A program made the position numbers and the translations under genes. This document shows positions 42,677-52,027 of a DNA stretch of 64,000 nt, piece by piece. The notes beneath the pieces are model-generated. The model searched no databases, was not told where the DNA came from, and saw only the letters and a program-made list of their open reading frames with translations. The DNA comes from Bacteriovoracaceae bacterium (GTDB lineage: Bacteria; Bdellovibrionota; Bacteriovoracia; Bacteriovoracales; Bacteriovoracaceae), in assembly GCA_965217035.1 (NCBI GenBank), contig OZ244226.1, positions 1,532,146-1,596,145 on the forward strand, written 5' to 3'. Positions within the stretch are counted from its first letter, which is position 1. Each line of letters begins with the position of its first letter.

Positions 42677-44530
42677 TTAAAAGTCAGTATAGATCAATTG
42701 GAAATTGTAATCTTTAAGCTCTAAAAAACCACTTCTGATTATGTCGTAGGCGTTTAATTGAGATGTTATTTCAGAGCTTCCGAATGAGAACTCATTGTTT
42801 TCCGGAAAATGACTTGAGGAAAAATTGAAGTCATAGAAAAATTGAGTGACTTTTTCATTCGACTCTATCAAGAAAGGACTCAGTCCTAAATTTTTTAAAA
42901 CCCAATTTCTTCTTCTTATTCTTCTGAATTTCTTTTTCACTTTTTCAAAAAGAGTTTTGGCAAGATTTCCTTTTTTAACAAGATCAATCAATTGCTCTAT
43001 GTCTTTCTTGTGATTTTCGACATATTTAGGCCAGGTAATGAGATAAGCATTTTTAATGCCTGTAATAATTATTTCTTTTAATTTTTCTTTTGAGAGAGTT
43101 TTAAGATAATCAAAATATTCTTGAGTGATAATGATCCTATAGCGAGAACCTGTGTTTTTTTGCTCCATTGTATTAAAAAATCCCTTATTAAGGACATGAT
43201 TAAGAAAGCTTCTACTCGCAAACCGTTTGAGCTTTTTGTAATACCTTTTTTGTTTTCGTTTACTAAAGAAGTTATCTCGAATTTGTTGAGTATAGACATA
43301 AGCCTTACTTCTTTTTGTTTTTTCTTTCGTATCAATAACATAGTTTTGAAACCTTCTTTCAGAAAAAAGAAGCTTAAAAAAGAGCTCAAATCTATTTCTC
43401 TTTTCTTTCAAGGAGTAATTGATTTGTTTCTCAATAGCGTTATTTTCTCCAAGAATATTAAAGGTGTTGTCTGAGCGGGTCTTTTGAGTATCAAATTGAA
43501 TAAAGTTTTTACCAAATCCAAACTTTAGTTCCCAATCAACAAATTTTCCAAAGCCCATTGTCCTTCTAATGACTCTTTTTTCTTCTTTGTCTCTATCAAG
43601 CATTTCGAGGCGATTAAAGGGTGAAAAATCAAGCCATCGATAACGAATCATTTTAGCTTTATTTCGTTTTTTGAGTCTATTGAACTTAAGAGATGATTTT
43701 AAAAGATTGTTTAAAACTTGATTATAGGCACTTTGAACTTCTGGATTGTTGAAATCTAAGGCATAATCAGCGAGTATCATTTGGCCCTTGCTTTTGGAAA
43801 TTGATGCTCTAACAAGTTTTGTTGGACTGATAATATTTTCAACAAGATCGTTTAGAGGATTGAATGAAAAGGTATCAAAATTGAATAAATCAGTTCTTAA
43901 ATTTATCTGCCAAGCCCTTTTTCCTAAATGTATTAATCTAAAGTTTACTTTGTTTTCTGGGAGCTTAATAATTTGGACAGCGAACTCACCAAGATAGGCG
44001 TGCCCAAGTTCAACGCTAACAAGTGAAGTTCCTGGATTGGACCCAACGCCCCATGCAAAATCTGACTCTATGATGAAAAAGTCATAGTCTTTCATATGTT
44101 TTATGAGCTTTTTCGAACTTAAAGGATAATGTTTTGGATTTTTAGGGAGCTCAAAAACAGCTTTTCTCCAGCATTCAAATTGGCGACCATAATAGGTTTT
44201 AGCTGATTTTTCTCCAAAAATTGCTATATCTTCGCTGAAGGCAAACCACTCACTTGGGATGAGCTTTGACTTTACTTGGACTTGTTCAATTCGTGCATAA
44301 AAATCCTTGTAGAAACTTGGGCGAACACTCGCTTCAATTTTTAATGGAAGTGAAACGCCTTCAACGCCTCCAAGTGGATCAAGAGATGGTGCAAGGCTGA
44401 AATCAATATTTTTAAGTCGCTTCCATTGTTTCCCAAGAAAAGTCTTTGCTTCTTTTTTTTCCGGGCACTCTACGGCATGAGTGTTGGAGAAAAAAGACGT
44501 AAATATTAGCAATATCAGAAAAGTTCTCAT
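42677..44530 (-). CDS. Large exported basic hypothetical protein
   Basis: 617-aa ORF with signal peptide ending THA; no family recognised. Confidence 0.75.
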   Translation of the reverse strand: MRTFLILLIFTSFFSNTHAVECPEKKEAKTFLGKQWKRLKNIDFSLAPSLDPLGGVEGVSLPLKIEASVRPSFYKDFYARIEQVQVKSKLIPSEWFAFSEDIAIFGEKSAKTYYGRQFECWRKAVFELPKNPKHYPLSSKKLIKHMKDYDFFIIESDFAWGVGSNPGTSLVSVELGHAYLGEFAVQIIKLPENKVNFRLIHLGKRAWQINLRTDLFNFDTFSFNPLNDLVENIISPTKLVRASISKSKGQMILADYALDFNNPEVQSAYNQVLNNLLKSSLKFNRLKKRNKAKMIRYRWLDFSPFNRLEMLDRDKEEKRVIRRTMGFGKFVDWELKFGFGKNFIQFDTQKTRSDNTFNILGENNAIEKQINYSLKEKRNRFELFFKLLFSERRFQNYVIDTKEKTKRSKAYVYTQQIRDNFFSKRKQKRYYKKLKRFASRSFLNHVLNKGFFNTMEQKNTGSRYRIIITQEYFDYLKTLSKEKLKEIIITGIKNAYLITWPKYVENHKKDIEQLIDLVKKGNLAKTLFEKVKKKFRRIRRRNWVLKNLGLSPFLIESNEKVTQFFYDFNFSSSHFPENNEFSFGSSEITSQLNAYDIIRSGFLELKDYNFQLIYTDF

Positions 44531-44614
44531 TACTTCTATTTTGCCTTATATCAGATTTTTATAAATTTTTCTTGAAATTGTTACAGGTGTGTCCAGAAAT
44601 TAGACAGTAAGGAA

Positions 44615-44634
44615 AGGGGCAGCATGAGGCCCCT
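44615..44634 (-). terminator. Possible terminator hairpin
   Basis: AGGGGC-8 nt-GCCCCT downstream of the 44700-45158 gene; weak T tract. Confidence 0.45.
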
Positions 44635-44699
44635 ATTTTAGAATATCTTACCGCTATCAAATGCTTTATTACGGTATTTTATAGTATTGAGAGCTCTGA

Positions 44700-45158
44700 T
44701 TATTTGGTATAACAACCACGAATTGAGAATATGAGTTTTCTTGAGCCATGATTAAAGGAAGCATGAGCGCTGAAGGGTCCAAGCTTTGTTTTTACTATTG
44801 GAAAACCTGTGGATAATAAAACTTTTTTTGCATTTTTATACTTGTTCTCGACAATCGAGATACTAACTCCATCAGGCTTAGATCTTTTGCTTTTGAAAAA
44901 AAATTTTGATTTTCGTGATAAGACTAACTTATAACTCTCAGGATCTAATTGATGCCCTCGTTGGAAGAGTGTGACTCGATTAGAACCTTGTGGTTCTCTT
45001 GTCGGAAGTTCAATGACTTCATTACTTGCATCAAAAACAACTTGATTTTTATTTTCAAAAACCTCTCTGAGATAAAAGTCCTTACACTTTAATTTATTTG
45101 TTGCGCTTGAGGCTATTACATATTGAAAGCAAAAAAATAAGACCGTTAAAACCTTCAT
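44700..45158 (-). CDS. Exported hypothetical protein
   Basis: AAGGAG RBS, signal-like N-terminus, Cys near both ends of the mature chain. Confidence 0.7.
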   Translation of the reverse strand: MKVLTVLFFCFQYVIASSATNKLKCKDFYLREVFENKNQVVFDASNEVIELPTREPQGSNRVTLFQRGHQLDPESYKLVLSRKSKFFFKSKRSKPDGVSISIVENKYKNAKKVLLSTGFPIVKTKLGPFSAHASFNHGSRKLIFSIRGCYTK

Positions 45159-45250
45159 TTATTCTCCTTTTTGAATCATTGGAGAACGATTATCAAAAAA
45201 TCTTCTTAAGTTAAATAGGTCTGAGATTTATCTGTTTGAAGATAAAAACA

Positions 45251-46222
45251 CTATTTGAGAAAATTCGGATCATGCAAGGTTGCGGTTACACTACAGCTAT
45301 GCGTTCCAGATGTTGGACTCGTTGATACTGTTTCACATGTTCTCGTGAAATCAACCATTGAAGAGTAGTCATAGCTGTTTATCTCATAACCGAGGATTCC
45401 TAGTATTTCATGCCAAAGAATTCCATAACGGAGTTCATGAGTCTTGGTGTTAAACCATTGATCACGGTTAACGAGAATATAGCCATTTTTTCCAATTTTT
45501 ATATTTTTAGCAATAAGCTGTTCTGAATCAGCACACTTAGAAGTATCGTTATTTAAGCAAAGCTTAAAATGAACTTCTATGATTTGCATTTGATTATAAG
45601 TAAGTTTTCTCCATTTTTTGAGAAATCTTTTAGGAAGCCCATTCATTTTTAAAACCATAGGATAGAGGCTAGCTCTATACTGATTGACATCTTTATAAAT
45701 ATTGCTGTTTTCTTGGCATTTAATGATGTCGAATGCATCTTCGCCTTTTAAATTTTTGAGAAGCTCTTTTTCATTTGGAGAAGATAATTTTGTACAGTCC
45801 ATAGTCATGGTCATTCCGTGAATCATTCTCACAAGTTTTGATAAGTTTTTAAGAAACTGATTTCGGCTTTGAGCAAGCCAGTTTTCTTTATCAATTAATA
45901 GAATTCCATATCTTGGATAAAAATGAGCAGGAATATCGCACTTCATTTCTTTAGTTAATTCCATGAAATGAGAAGTAAATTTATAAACGTCTGGGCAGAA
46001 GTTATAATCTCCAATGGCGATCTTGTATTTTCCTCTAATATCGAGGTTTTTTAAGATTCCTTCTCTGTTGAGAGCTCGAGTTATTTGCATGGCCAAATCA
46101 GTTCCACCATTTCCAGCTCCTCCAACACTAAAGGCGATAAGCTGTTCTTGAATCTTGGAATCTCGACTTTGTGAAAATGCATTAAAAGAGAGGAATAAGA
46201 GGAAGATAGTTAAAATCTTCAT
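45251..46222 (-). CDS. Exported protein with GGAGNGG and ILWHE motifs, function unknown
   Basis: AGGAG RBS, signal peptide ending AFS; ATGA overlap with the upstream regulator; 8 Cys. Confidence 0.8.
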   Translation of the reverse strand: MKILTIFLLFLSFNAFSQSRDSKIQEQLIAFSVGGAGNGGTDLAMQITRALNREGILKNLDIRGKYKIAIGDYNFCPDVYKFTSHFMELTKEMKCDIPAHFYPRYGILLIDKENWLAQSRNQFLKNLSKLVRMIHGMTMTMDCTKLSSPNEKELLKNLKGEDAFDIIKCQENSNIYKDVNQYRASLYPMVLKMNGLPKRFLKKWRKLTYNQMQIIEVHFKLCLNNDTSKCADSEQLIAKNIKIGKNGYILVNRDQWFNTKTHELRYGILWHEILGILGYEINSYDYSSMVDFTRTCETVSTSPTSGTHSCSVTATLHDPNFLK

Positions 46223-47043
46223 TTTTGCTCCTGCGTAATGGGAAAAAACTGAAGGTTCATATTATAGGTTGCATTATGAGGTCCATGCTGCGATTCCATT
46301 TCTTTTGCAAAATCGCTCAAAAAGGTTCTTATAAGTTGTTTAGCCTTTGGAAGTGATGATTGATCGATATTGATGATATAAGACTGAAATTCTCTTAAGG
46401 TGATATCAATTTCACTTACTGAATCTTGGGCCCATTGGCTTACTGTTTGGTGGTATTTTTGAACACTTAAGTCGGTGCTATCGTTTTTAGAAATCAAATG
46501 ATCATGACTTTTTGTTAGAGTACCATCTTCCTGAGTGGAGAGATTTTGAGTTTCAATCAGGGTACTTAGAGCATTATTAATTTCTTCTTCAGAAAATCGA
46601 TTATTGAAAAACTGAGGGTTTAGTTGATTTCGATTGAGAATATCAGATCGGCCACAAGTCTCAAATATAGCCATTGCAACCGGTGTTTTAAGCGTTTCGT
46701 TCTCGTCCCAGTTTTGTATTTCCAGTGGTACCAGCTTTTCTAGTTGTTCTAATCTTTCATACTTTTCGAGATCATCAAGGTGGCTAATCTCTACAAGTTC
46801 TTTAAAATATCTTTTTTCGAGATTATCGAGTCTTAAAATTTTTCGAGCAAAGTCTGATGTGAGTTGGATTGGAAATTTCTTTTTACCCGTAATGATTTGA
46901 TAGAGCTGGGAGTGGCTAATGTTCTCAAGCTTTTGCGCCATCGCTCTGAAGCTATATGCTCCACGATTTACTTGGGATTTGCATTCTACAAAGTCTGTTA
47001 AATAAAGAGTTAAGTCTCTATAGTTATAAATTTCAAGTTTCAC
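46219..47043 (-). CDS. TIGR02147/DUF4423-type protein with XRE-like HTH
   Basis: IYNYRD start, YSFRAMAQKL...SQLYQIITGKK HTH, VQKYHQ, LREFQS, AKQLIRTF, YNMNLQFFPIT. Confidence 0.85.
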   Translation of the reverse strand: MKLEIYNYRDLTLYLTDFVECKSQVNRGAYSFRAMAQKLENISHSQLYQIITGKKKFPIQLTSDFARKILRLDNLEKRYFKELVEISHLDDLEKYERLEQLEKLVPLEIQNWDENETLKTPVAMAIFETCGRSDILNRNQLNPQFFNNRFSEEEINNALSTLIETQNLSTQEDGTLTKSHDHLISKNDSTDLSVQKYHQTVSQWAQDSVSEIDITLREFQSYIINIDQSSLPKAKQLIRTFLSDFAKEMESQHGPHNATYNMNLQFFPITQEQK

Positions 47044-47100
47044 AGACTAAGGATAGCTTAGCTTTTAATGAGGTAGGATTTATCTATAATTATTACTAGA

Positions 47101-47145
47101 ATGAAAACGTCTAATGTTGAAATTATCGACACTAGACGTTTTCAT
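47101..47145. terminator. 20-bp hairpin, probable terminator of the 47166-47594 gene
   Basis: ATGAAAACGTCTA...TAGACGTTTTCAT perfect 13-bp outer stem, extendable to 20 bp with one mismatch and one wobble. Confidence 0.6.
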
Positions 47146-47165
47146 TTTCAAACATTTTTATATGT

Positions 47166-47594
47166 TTATTTTAAATCAATTTCAGTATTAGAAGGAACAA
47201 TAAGTGTGAAAGAAATCATTTCTCTTTCACCAGTTCCTCTTGGAGAGATTAGAGGTAAGTTAACTTCAGAAGAAAGAATTTCTCTCTTTGAATTTTTAAC
47301 TGGGCAGAAAATCTTTGTTCCAAAAATCGAAGTGTTAACGAAGTATTTCCCACCATCTTGAAAGTTAATATCTTGTGAGCTAACGGTTGGATTGTTTAGA
47401 TCCATCATTTCAACAACTAGGCCATGAGTATTACAGTCCTCCTTAAGGAATGATTGGCTAAAGGTCATGTTAAGTTTAGTCATTGGATCAGCCTTTACTT
47501 CGAGAGTTTTGTAACCAGTTCCGAGATTAGTGAGTGTTGCTGCTTGAGCACTGAAAGAAATAGCGAAAATCGTAGTGATAATAAGGTTCTTCAT
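47166..47594 (-). CDS. Exported hypothetical protein (start reassigned to MKNLII)
   Basis: GGAG RBS before ATG 47594, signal peptide ending AQA, two Cys. Confidence 0.75.
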   Translation of the reverse strand: MKNLIITTIFAISFSAQAATLTNLGTGYKTLEVKADPMTKLNMTFSQSFLKEDCNTHGLVVEMMDLNNPTVSSQDINFQDGGKYFVNTSIFGTKIFCPVKNSKREILSSEVNLPLISPRGTGEREMISFTLIVPSNTEIDLK

Positions 47595-47774
47595 GTTTTT
47601 CTCCATGTTGGTTTAACCATTAATTTCTACCACTGACTTGTACATGATGATAAGACACACCACATAATGGAATTTACTTAAGTTAAAATTAGTGTGTGTC
47701 TTTTTTGTGAACACTGAATTGAAAAAATTATAGGCTTTTTCAATCAAGTTTGTTTATGACTTAAAATTAAACCT

Positions 47775-49946
47775 ATGGCCTTTAGGACATTTCAGATCGC
47801 AATTTTTTTGAGCTTAAGCTTGAAGTGCTTTGCGCAAGATATTCAATTAGGAATTAACGAAAGGAGTTTTCGAAAAACTCTCGAGCAGTCCATTATAAGT
47901 TTGTTTGGAACAGACAAGAAGATTCGGATTCGAAAAGAAGAGAGTCTTCCTGTCAATATCGGAAATATTATTATTCAAGATCCTGATAAAAAAGGTGGAG
48001 ACGACTTTTTACTGGTCTACGGCAGGCATCTTTTAAATATTGATTTTGATAAACCTTTCGAGTTGGGTCTTAACCTTAAAGGCCTTGATGCCTCTGTGGA
48101 GCTTGGTGATGTTTCAATCAAGCTTGGCAAATCTAAAAAGAGCGGAAACAAAGTTTCAATACCTGTTTTTGGAAATCTTACAATTGAAAATATTGATGGG
48201 GGTTTTTCAGAAGTTGACCTCTTTAGGGCCACCCTTACTGACAAAAACCTTGAAAGACAAAATACTCTTATTAATAATTTTTTAAAAATTCAAAAATCTG
48301 ATCTTACAATTGAAACTAAAAGAAAAAAGGTTGAATCTCTTTTGAAGTCTAGAGGCGATAATATTGAAAGTATTGCCAAGGAATTAAATGAAGCTCTCAA
48401 TCTTCAAAACTGTATTAAAAAGGTTTTTGGGATTGAGAAAAAATCGTTCGTTAATATTGTTTCTAAAAATCATCGAGTTAAATCTGAAAATTTGAAAATT
48501 AAATTTCAAGGAGTTGTCCATATTCTTCTTCAGGGAGAAAAAGCAAAGCTAACGCTTAGGAATTTCACCTTTAATGATAATATTACCGCAGAAAGCTTCA
48601 AAGATCATTTTAGAATAGAGTTTGATCGTAATAGTTTTCAGGTTTTAGATACGCTTGCTGTTACAAGCAACCAATCGGGAACAGTTAATTACTGTGATCG
48701 TTTAAAAAAATCTGGAGCAAACCTTTCTAAGCATGTCATTGGTAAAAAGCTAATTGATAAAGTTCTAGAAGTCCTTAATAGAAAAGTTCCCGAACTTCTT
48801 AATGATAAAGCCTTTCCTAAGGTTGCTGAAGTTTTAAGTAAAGTCGAGTTGAACTTCCCTTATTTTTATTATTTTACTCCAAATGAAAAAATAAAAGACA
48901 GTATTAAAAAGAAGGTTAAAAACAAGGAGTTGGCAGATCTTTTAATAAGTCCTTTTGAATCACTTTCTTTGGGAGCTACAGTTGTTAATTTTGAGACAGA
49001 AAACAACTATTTGAATATAGAGCTTGAAAGCCAGGTTGAAGTTGATAAGAAAGACATTAAATGTGTTGATGGCTCTTATTTATGTGATTATTTCGACTAC
49101 AAGCCTGTTTGGACTGGTTATAACTCGGATTTAAGAGTCTCGATTAGCGCAGCTCCGATTCTTTCTTTGATAACAAATCAATATGAAGACCTTCTTTTGA
49201 ATTATCTTTCTTTAAAAATTCCAACTGTAAAAAATGGGTTAAGTCTTTTTGGTGTTAAGAGTGGAAAGAAACTGCTTGATCTTTCTGATGAAAACTTTAT
49301 GTTGGTACCAACAGGAAAGAACAAAATTGATGCAGTTATTAGAGTTAAATTAAATCCAGACGCTTTGAGAATACCTTTAAAGTCATTCCTTCTTAAAAAT
49401 AAACTTAAGAAAAGAGATTGGCTGAGTTTATTCAAGAAGAAAAGTAAGAAAGACCTTGTCGAATTTGCTATTGAATTGGAGCTAGAACTTTTAAAAGAAA
49501 ATGGTAAGAACTCTCTAAAAATATCTCTTCCATCGGCAAGAAACTTTTTCTCTTCAAAATACTTTGATACAAATTGGAAACAATACCCTCTTTTTCTTTT
49601 CGTTCAAAGAAATTTAAATCCGACTTATTTCTATTACCCTACCAGTTTATTTGGTTTTTCTCTGGGGTTTAAAAGAGGAAAAAGAATTTATCATGGTCTT
49701 TACCAGGAAATCTTTAATGCTCTCAAAAAAAAGAATATAGAATTTACTTATGAGGCTAAAAAAGGATCAAAACCTTATATTTTAGTTCCGATTGATTTGA
49801 ATAAAAAAGATAGTAAATCGCCAATGATCTTTCAAGATTTAAGCACTGATGAAAATGGAAATATAAACTTTCACTTAAACCTTAAAGAGAAAGTTTTCAA
49901 AGCTCCTTTTAAGAACCTTAAAAGTTTAAAGGAGATCAATCTATGA
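47775..49946 (+). CDS. Large exported hypothetical protein, possibly BPI/LBP (TULIP)-like
   Basis: 723-aa ORF, signal peptide ending CFA; local similarity to the downstream gene. Fold call is inference. Confidence 0.7.
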   Translation: MAFRTFQIAIFLSLSLKCFAQDIQLGINERSFRKTLEQSIISLFGTDKKIRIRKEESLPVNIGNIIIQDPDKKGGDDFLLVYGRHLLNIDFDKPFELGLNLKGLDASVELGDVSIKLGKSKKSGNKVSIPVFGNLTIENIDGGFSEVDLFRATLTDKNLERQNTLINNFLKIQKSDLTIETKRKKVESLLKSRGDNIESIAKELNEALNLQNCIKKVFGIEKKSFVNIVSKNHRVKSENLKIKFQGVVHILLQGEKAKLTLRNFTFNDNITAESFKDHFRIEFDRNSFQVLDTLAVTSNQSGTVNYCDRLKKSGANLSKHVIGKKLIDKVLEVLNRKVPELLNDKAFPKVAEVLSKVELNFPYFYYFTPNEKIKDSIKKKVKNKELADLLISPFESLSLGATVVNFETENNYLNIELESQVEVDKKDIKCVDGSYLCDYFDYKPVWTGYNSDLRVSISAAPILSLITNQYEDLLLNYLSLKIPTVKNGLSLFGVKSGKKLLDLSDENFMLVPTGKNKIDAVIRVKLNPDALRIPLKSFLLKNKLKKRDWLSLFKKKSKKDLVEFAIELELELLKENGKNSLKISLPSARNFFSSKYFDTNWKQYPLFLFVQRNLNPTYFYYPTSLFGFSLGFKRGKRIYHGLYQEIFNALKKKNIEFTYEAKKGSKPYILVPIDLNKKDSKSPMIFQDLSTDENGNINFHLNLKEKVFKAPFKNLKSLKEINL

Positions 49947-52027
49947 GAATTTTGTTAATTTTTCTTATATTCTCTTTTAATGCTTTTTCTCAGGATATTT
50001 CTCATCATTTAGGAAATGAAAAATCTCCTCATATTCTTCTCCAAATGAACACTCAGAGTGAATCGAGAAGTTATATTATTGGTCAGCTTTATGACTTTTT
50101 TAATAAAAGAAAAAAGGGTAAAAATATTTTCTCTAGTGACGTGGAGTTAAGTAATTCTCGTGTTCCTGTTGTGCTGGCCTTGGAGAGTATGGAAGAGGGA
50201 GTTAGTAAGGCTTTGGGAAGATCATTACTTATCAACCTAGGAAATGCTTCGGGATCTGTTTCTCAGCAAGATCGACAAGATTATTCACGCGGAAAACTAG
50301 ATATATCGAATAGAAAAGACTTTTTGAATCGAATGGTTCTTAATATTCAACTCAATAAATTAACCTACACTATTAATCCATATAAAATGGATTTTACGGA
50401 GTTTTCAACAAGTCTTAATGATTCAAAAAAGCAGCTTGATATAAAGGCTCGATTTGATATTAAGGGAATTACGGCCAAGGCTAAGGATATTTGTATTAAT
50501 TTTGATACCTTCTATGAAGAAGCTGGTAAGATAAAAGTATCGAAATCAAATTATAATTGCCTAGAAGCTCGTGAAGTACTTGAAACTGACTTAGATAAGC
50601 TTTATCAACGACTCGAAGGGATCATTCCAGAATCTATTGTTAGAGAAACAAATTATCCTAAATTTTTAAATAATCTCGGAGCAGAAGTTAAGAACGTTGC
50701 TTTGAATATTAAAGATCAATCACCTCTTAGGTTAGGAGTAGATCTGACGTTAAAAGAAACTCCAGAAGGGATAAAGCTAAGAATCGTTGATGGCTCAGTT
50801 GATTCACTGGTCAATGATCTGAAAATGCACTTTAAGGATAGCTTTGATATCAATCTTGAAAATGCATCGGTTAAGGTGAACGGATTTTCTGGCATGGTTG
50901 TCCAGGCTGTTCCTGTTGCTTTTACAGACACTGCTATTTTAAAAGCTCTAGCAGAGAGAGAAAAAGAACTTGTAGAACTTATTATGAAACCTATTGAAGA
51001 TAGTATTGAAGAAATTATTGAAGAAGCTCAAGCAGATCCAAATAGCGTTATGAGTAAAGATATTCTTATGGCGAGTAGGTTGAAATTTAAGGGAGTTCCT
51101 GAGCTCGGTCTTTCTGTTGATCAACTCACATTTCGAGGTGAAAGAAAGGATAATCGTTTTATTGGTGCAGGGATTAATGTTGATTTTGGAATCGAAAAAA
51201 ATAGTTTTGGAATTGGCTATAGTCGAATACAGGATCAGCTTTCAGAATACCTTGGAAAAGAAGAAGAAGGTAAAAATGGTGATATGGTCATTAGTATTAG
51301 CGATGAATTTTTTAATGATGCTATTCAATTTGCTTTGAAGAATTATAGCGAAGAACTTAAAAAAATAGATTTTGATATCAAGGATCTTCAATTTAATATT
51401 TTTGAGGGTTCAGGCTTTCAAGGATCGAATCAACTTTTAAAAGAGAACTCTGCTTATTTCAGCGGATGTGTGCGGTTTAAGCCAAAAAAGAATATTCTCT
51501 TAAAATTAGTAAATGGTATTGTTGGTGGAAAGAATGGGATTGGCGTCCCTTTAATGATTTATACAGACATCAACTTAAAGAGTAACTCAGAAGGTGTTCC
51601 TGAGTTCACTATTGATTTAAAACTCGAAGCTTCGAGAGAGCACTTTCTTAGCCAGGAGAAAGATTGTCCTTTTACTAAAAGATTTAAAAAAATGGCCTCT
51701 CGAATTGCTCGAAAACAAGCGGAGTTAAGATTCAATCAATACGAGGGAATTCCCTTCTTAAAGGTCGCATTAGTTCCTTTGAAAGGCCTTCAGTCCTCAC
51801 CTGCTGAAATTATTTTCGATAAAGAAAACGGGAGAATGAACATTGTTCTTTCGTTTAATAAGGTTAAGAGTATCCGAGATGATATTGTAGAGAAGTTCTC
51901 TGACGTTAATCAAAAAGTCTCTGTTACTTTTCCAAAGCTTGACGAGATCAAGAAGTATAAAACCTTATCTCGACGAGAAAAACGTGCCATGAAGAAAAAG
52001 GTCAAAGAAAAGCTTTCAACTAACTAG
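49943..52027 (+). CDS. Large exported hypothetical protein, possibly BPI/LBP (TULIP)-like
   Basis: 694-aa ORF, AAGGAG RBS, ATGA overlap, signal peptide ending AFS, DMVISISDEFFNDAI segment. Fold call is inference. Confidence 0.7.
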   Translation: MRILLIFLIFSFNAFSQDISHHLGNEKSPHILLQMNTQSESRSYIIGQLYDFFNKRKKGKNIFSSDVELSNSRVPVVLALESMEEGVSKALGRSLLINLGNASGSVSQQDRQDYSRGKLDISNRKDFLNRMVLNIQLNKLTYTINPYKMDFTEFSTSLNDSKKQLDIKARFDIKGITAKAKDICINFDTFYEEAGKIKVSKSNYNCLEAREVLETDLDKLYQRLEGIIPESIVRETNYPKFLNNLGAEVKNVALNIKDQSPLRLGVDLTLKETPEGIKLRIVDGSVDSLVNDLKMHFKDSFDINLENASVKVNGFSGMVVQAVPVAFTDTAILKALAEREKELVELIMKPIEDSIEEIIEEAQADPNSVMSKDILMASRLKFKGVPELGLSVDQLTFRGERKDNRFIGAGINVDFGIEKNSFGIGYSRIQDQLSEYLGKEEEGKNGDMVISISDEFFNDAIQFALKNYSEELKKIDFDIKDLQFNIFEGSGFQGSNQLLKENSAYFSGCVRFKPKKNILLKLVNGIVGGKNGIGVPLMIYTDINLKSNSEGVPEFTIDLKLEASREHFLSQEKDCPFTKRFKKMASRIARKQAELRFNQYEGIPFLKVALVPLKGLQSSPAEIIFDKENGRMNIVLSFNKVKSIRDDIVEKFSDVNQKVSVTFPKLDEIKKYKTLSRREKRAMKKKVKEKLSTN

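Noticed and set aside
45329..45344. parS-like TGTTTCACATG
   Set aside because: Only one half-site matches; the right half is unrelated.
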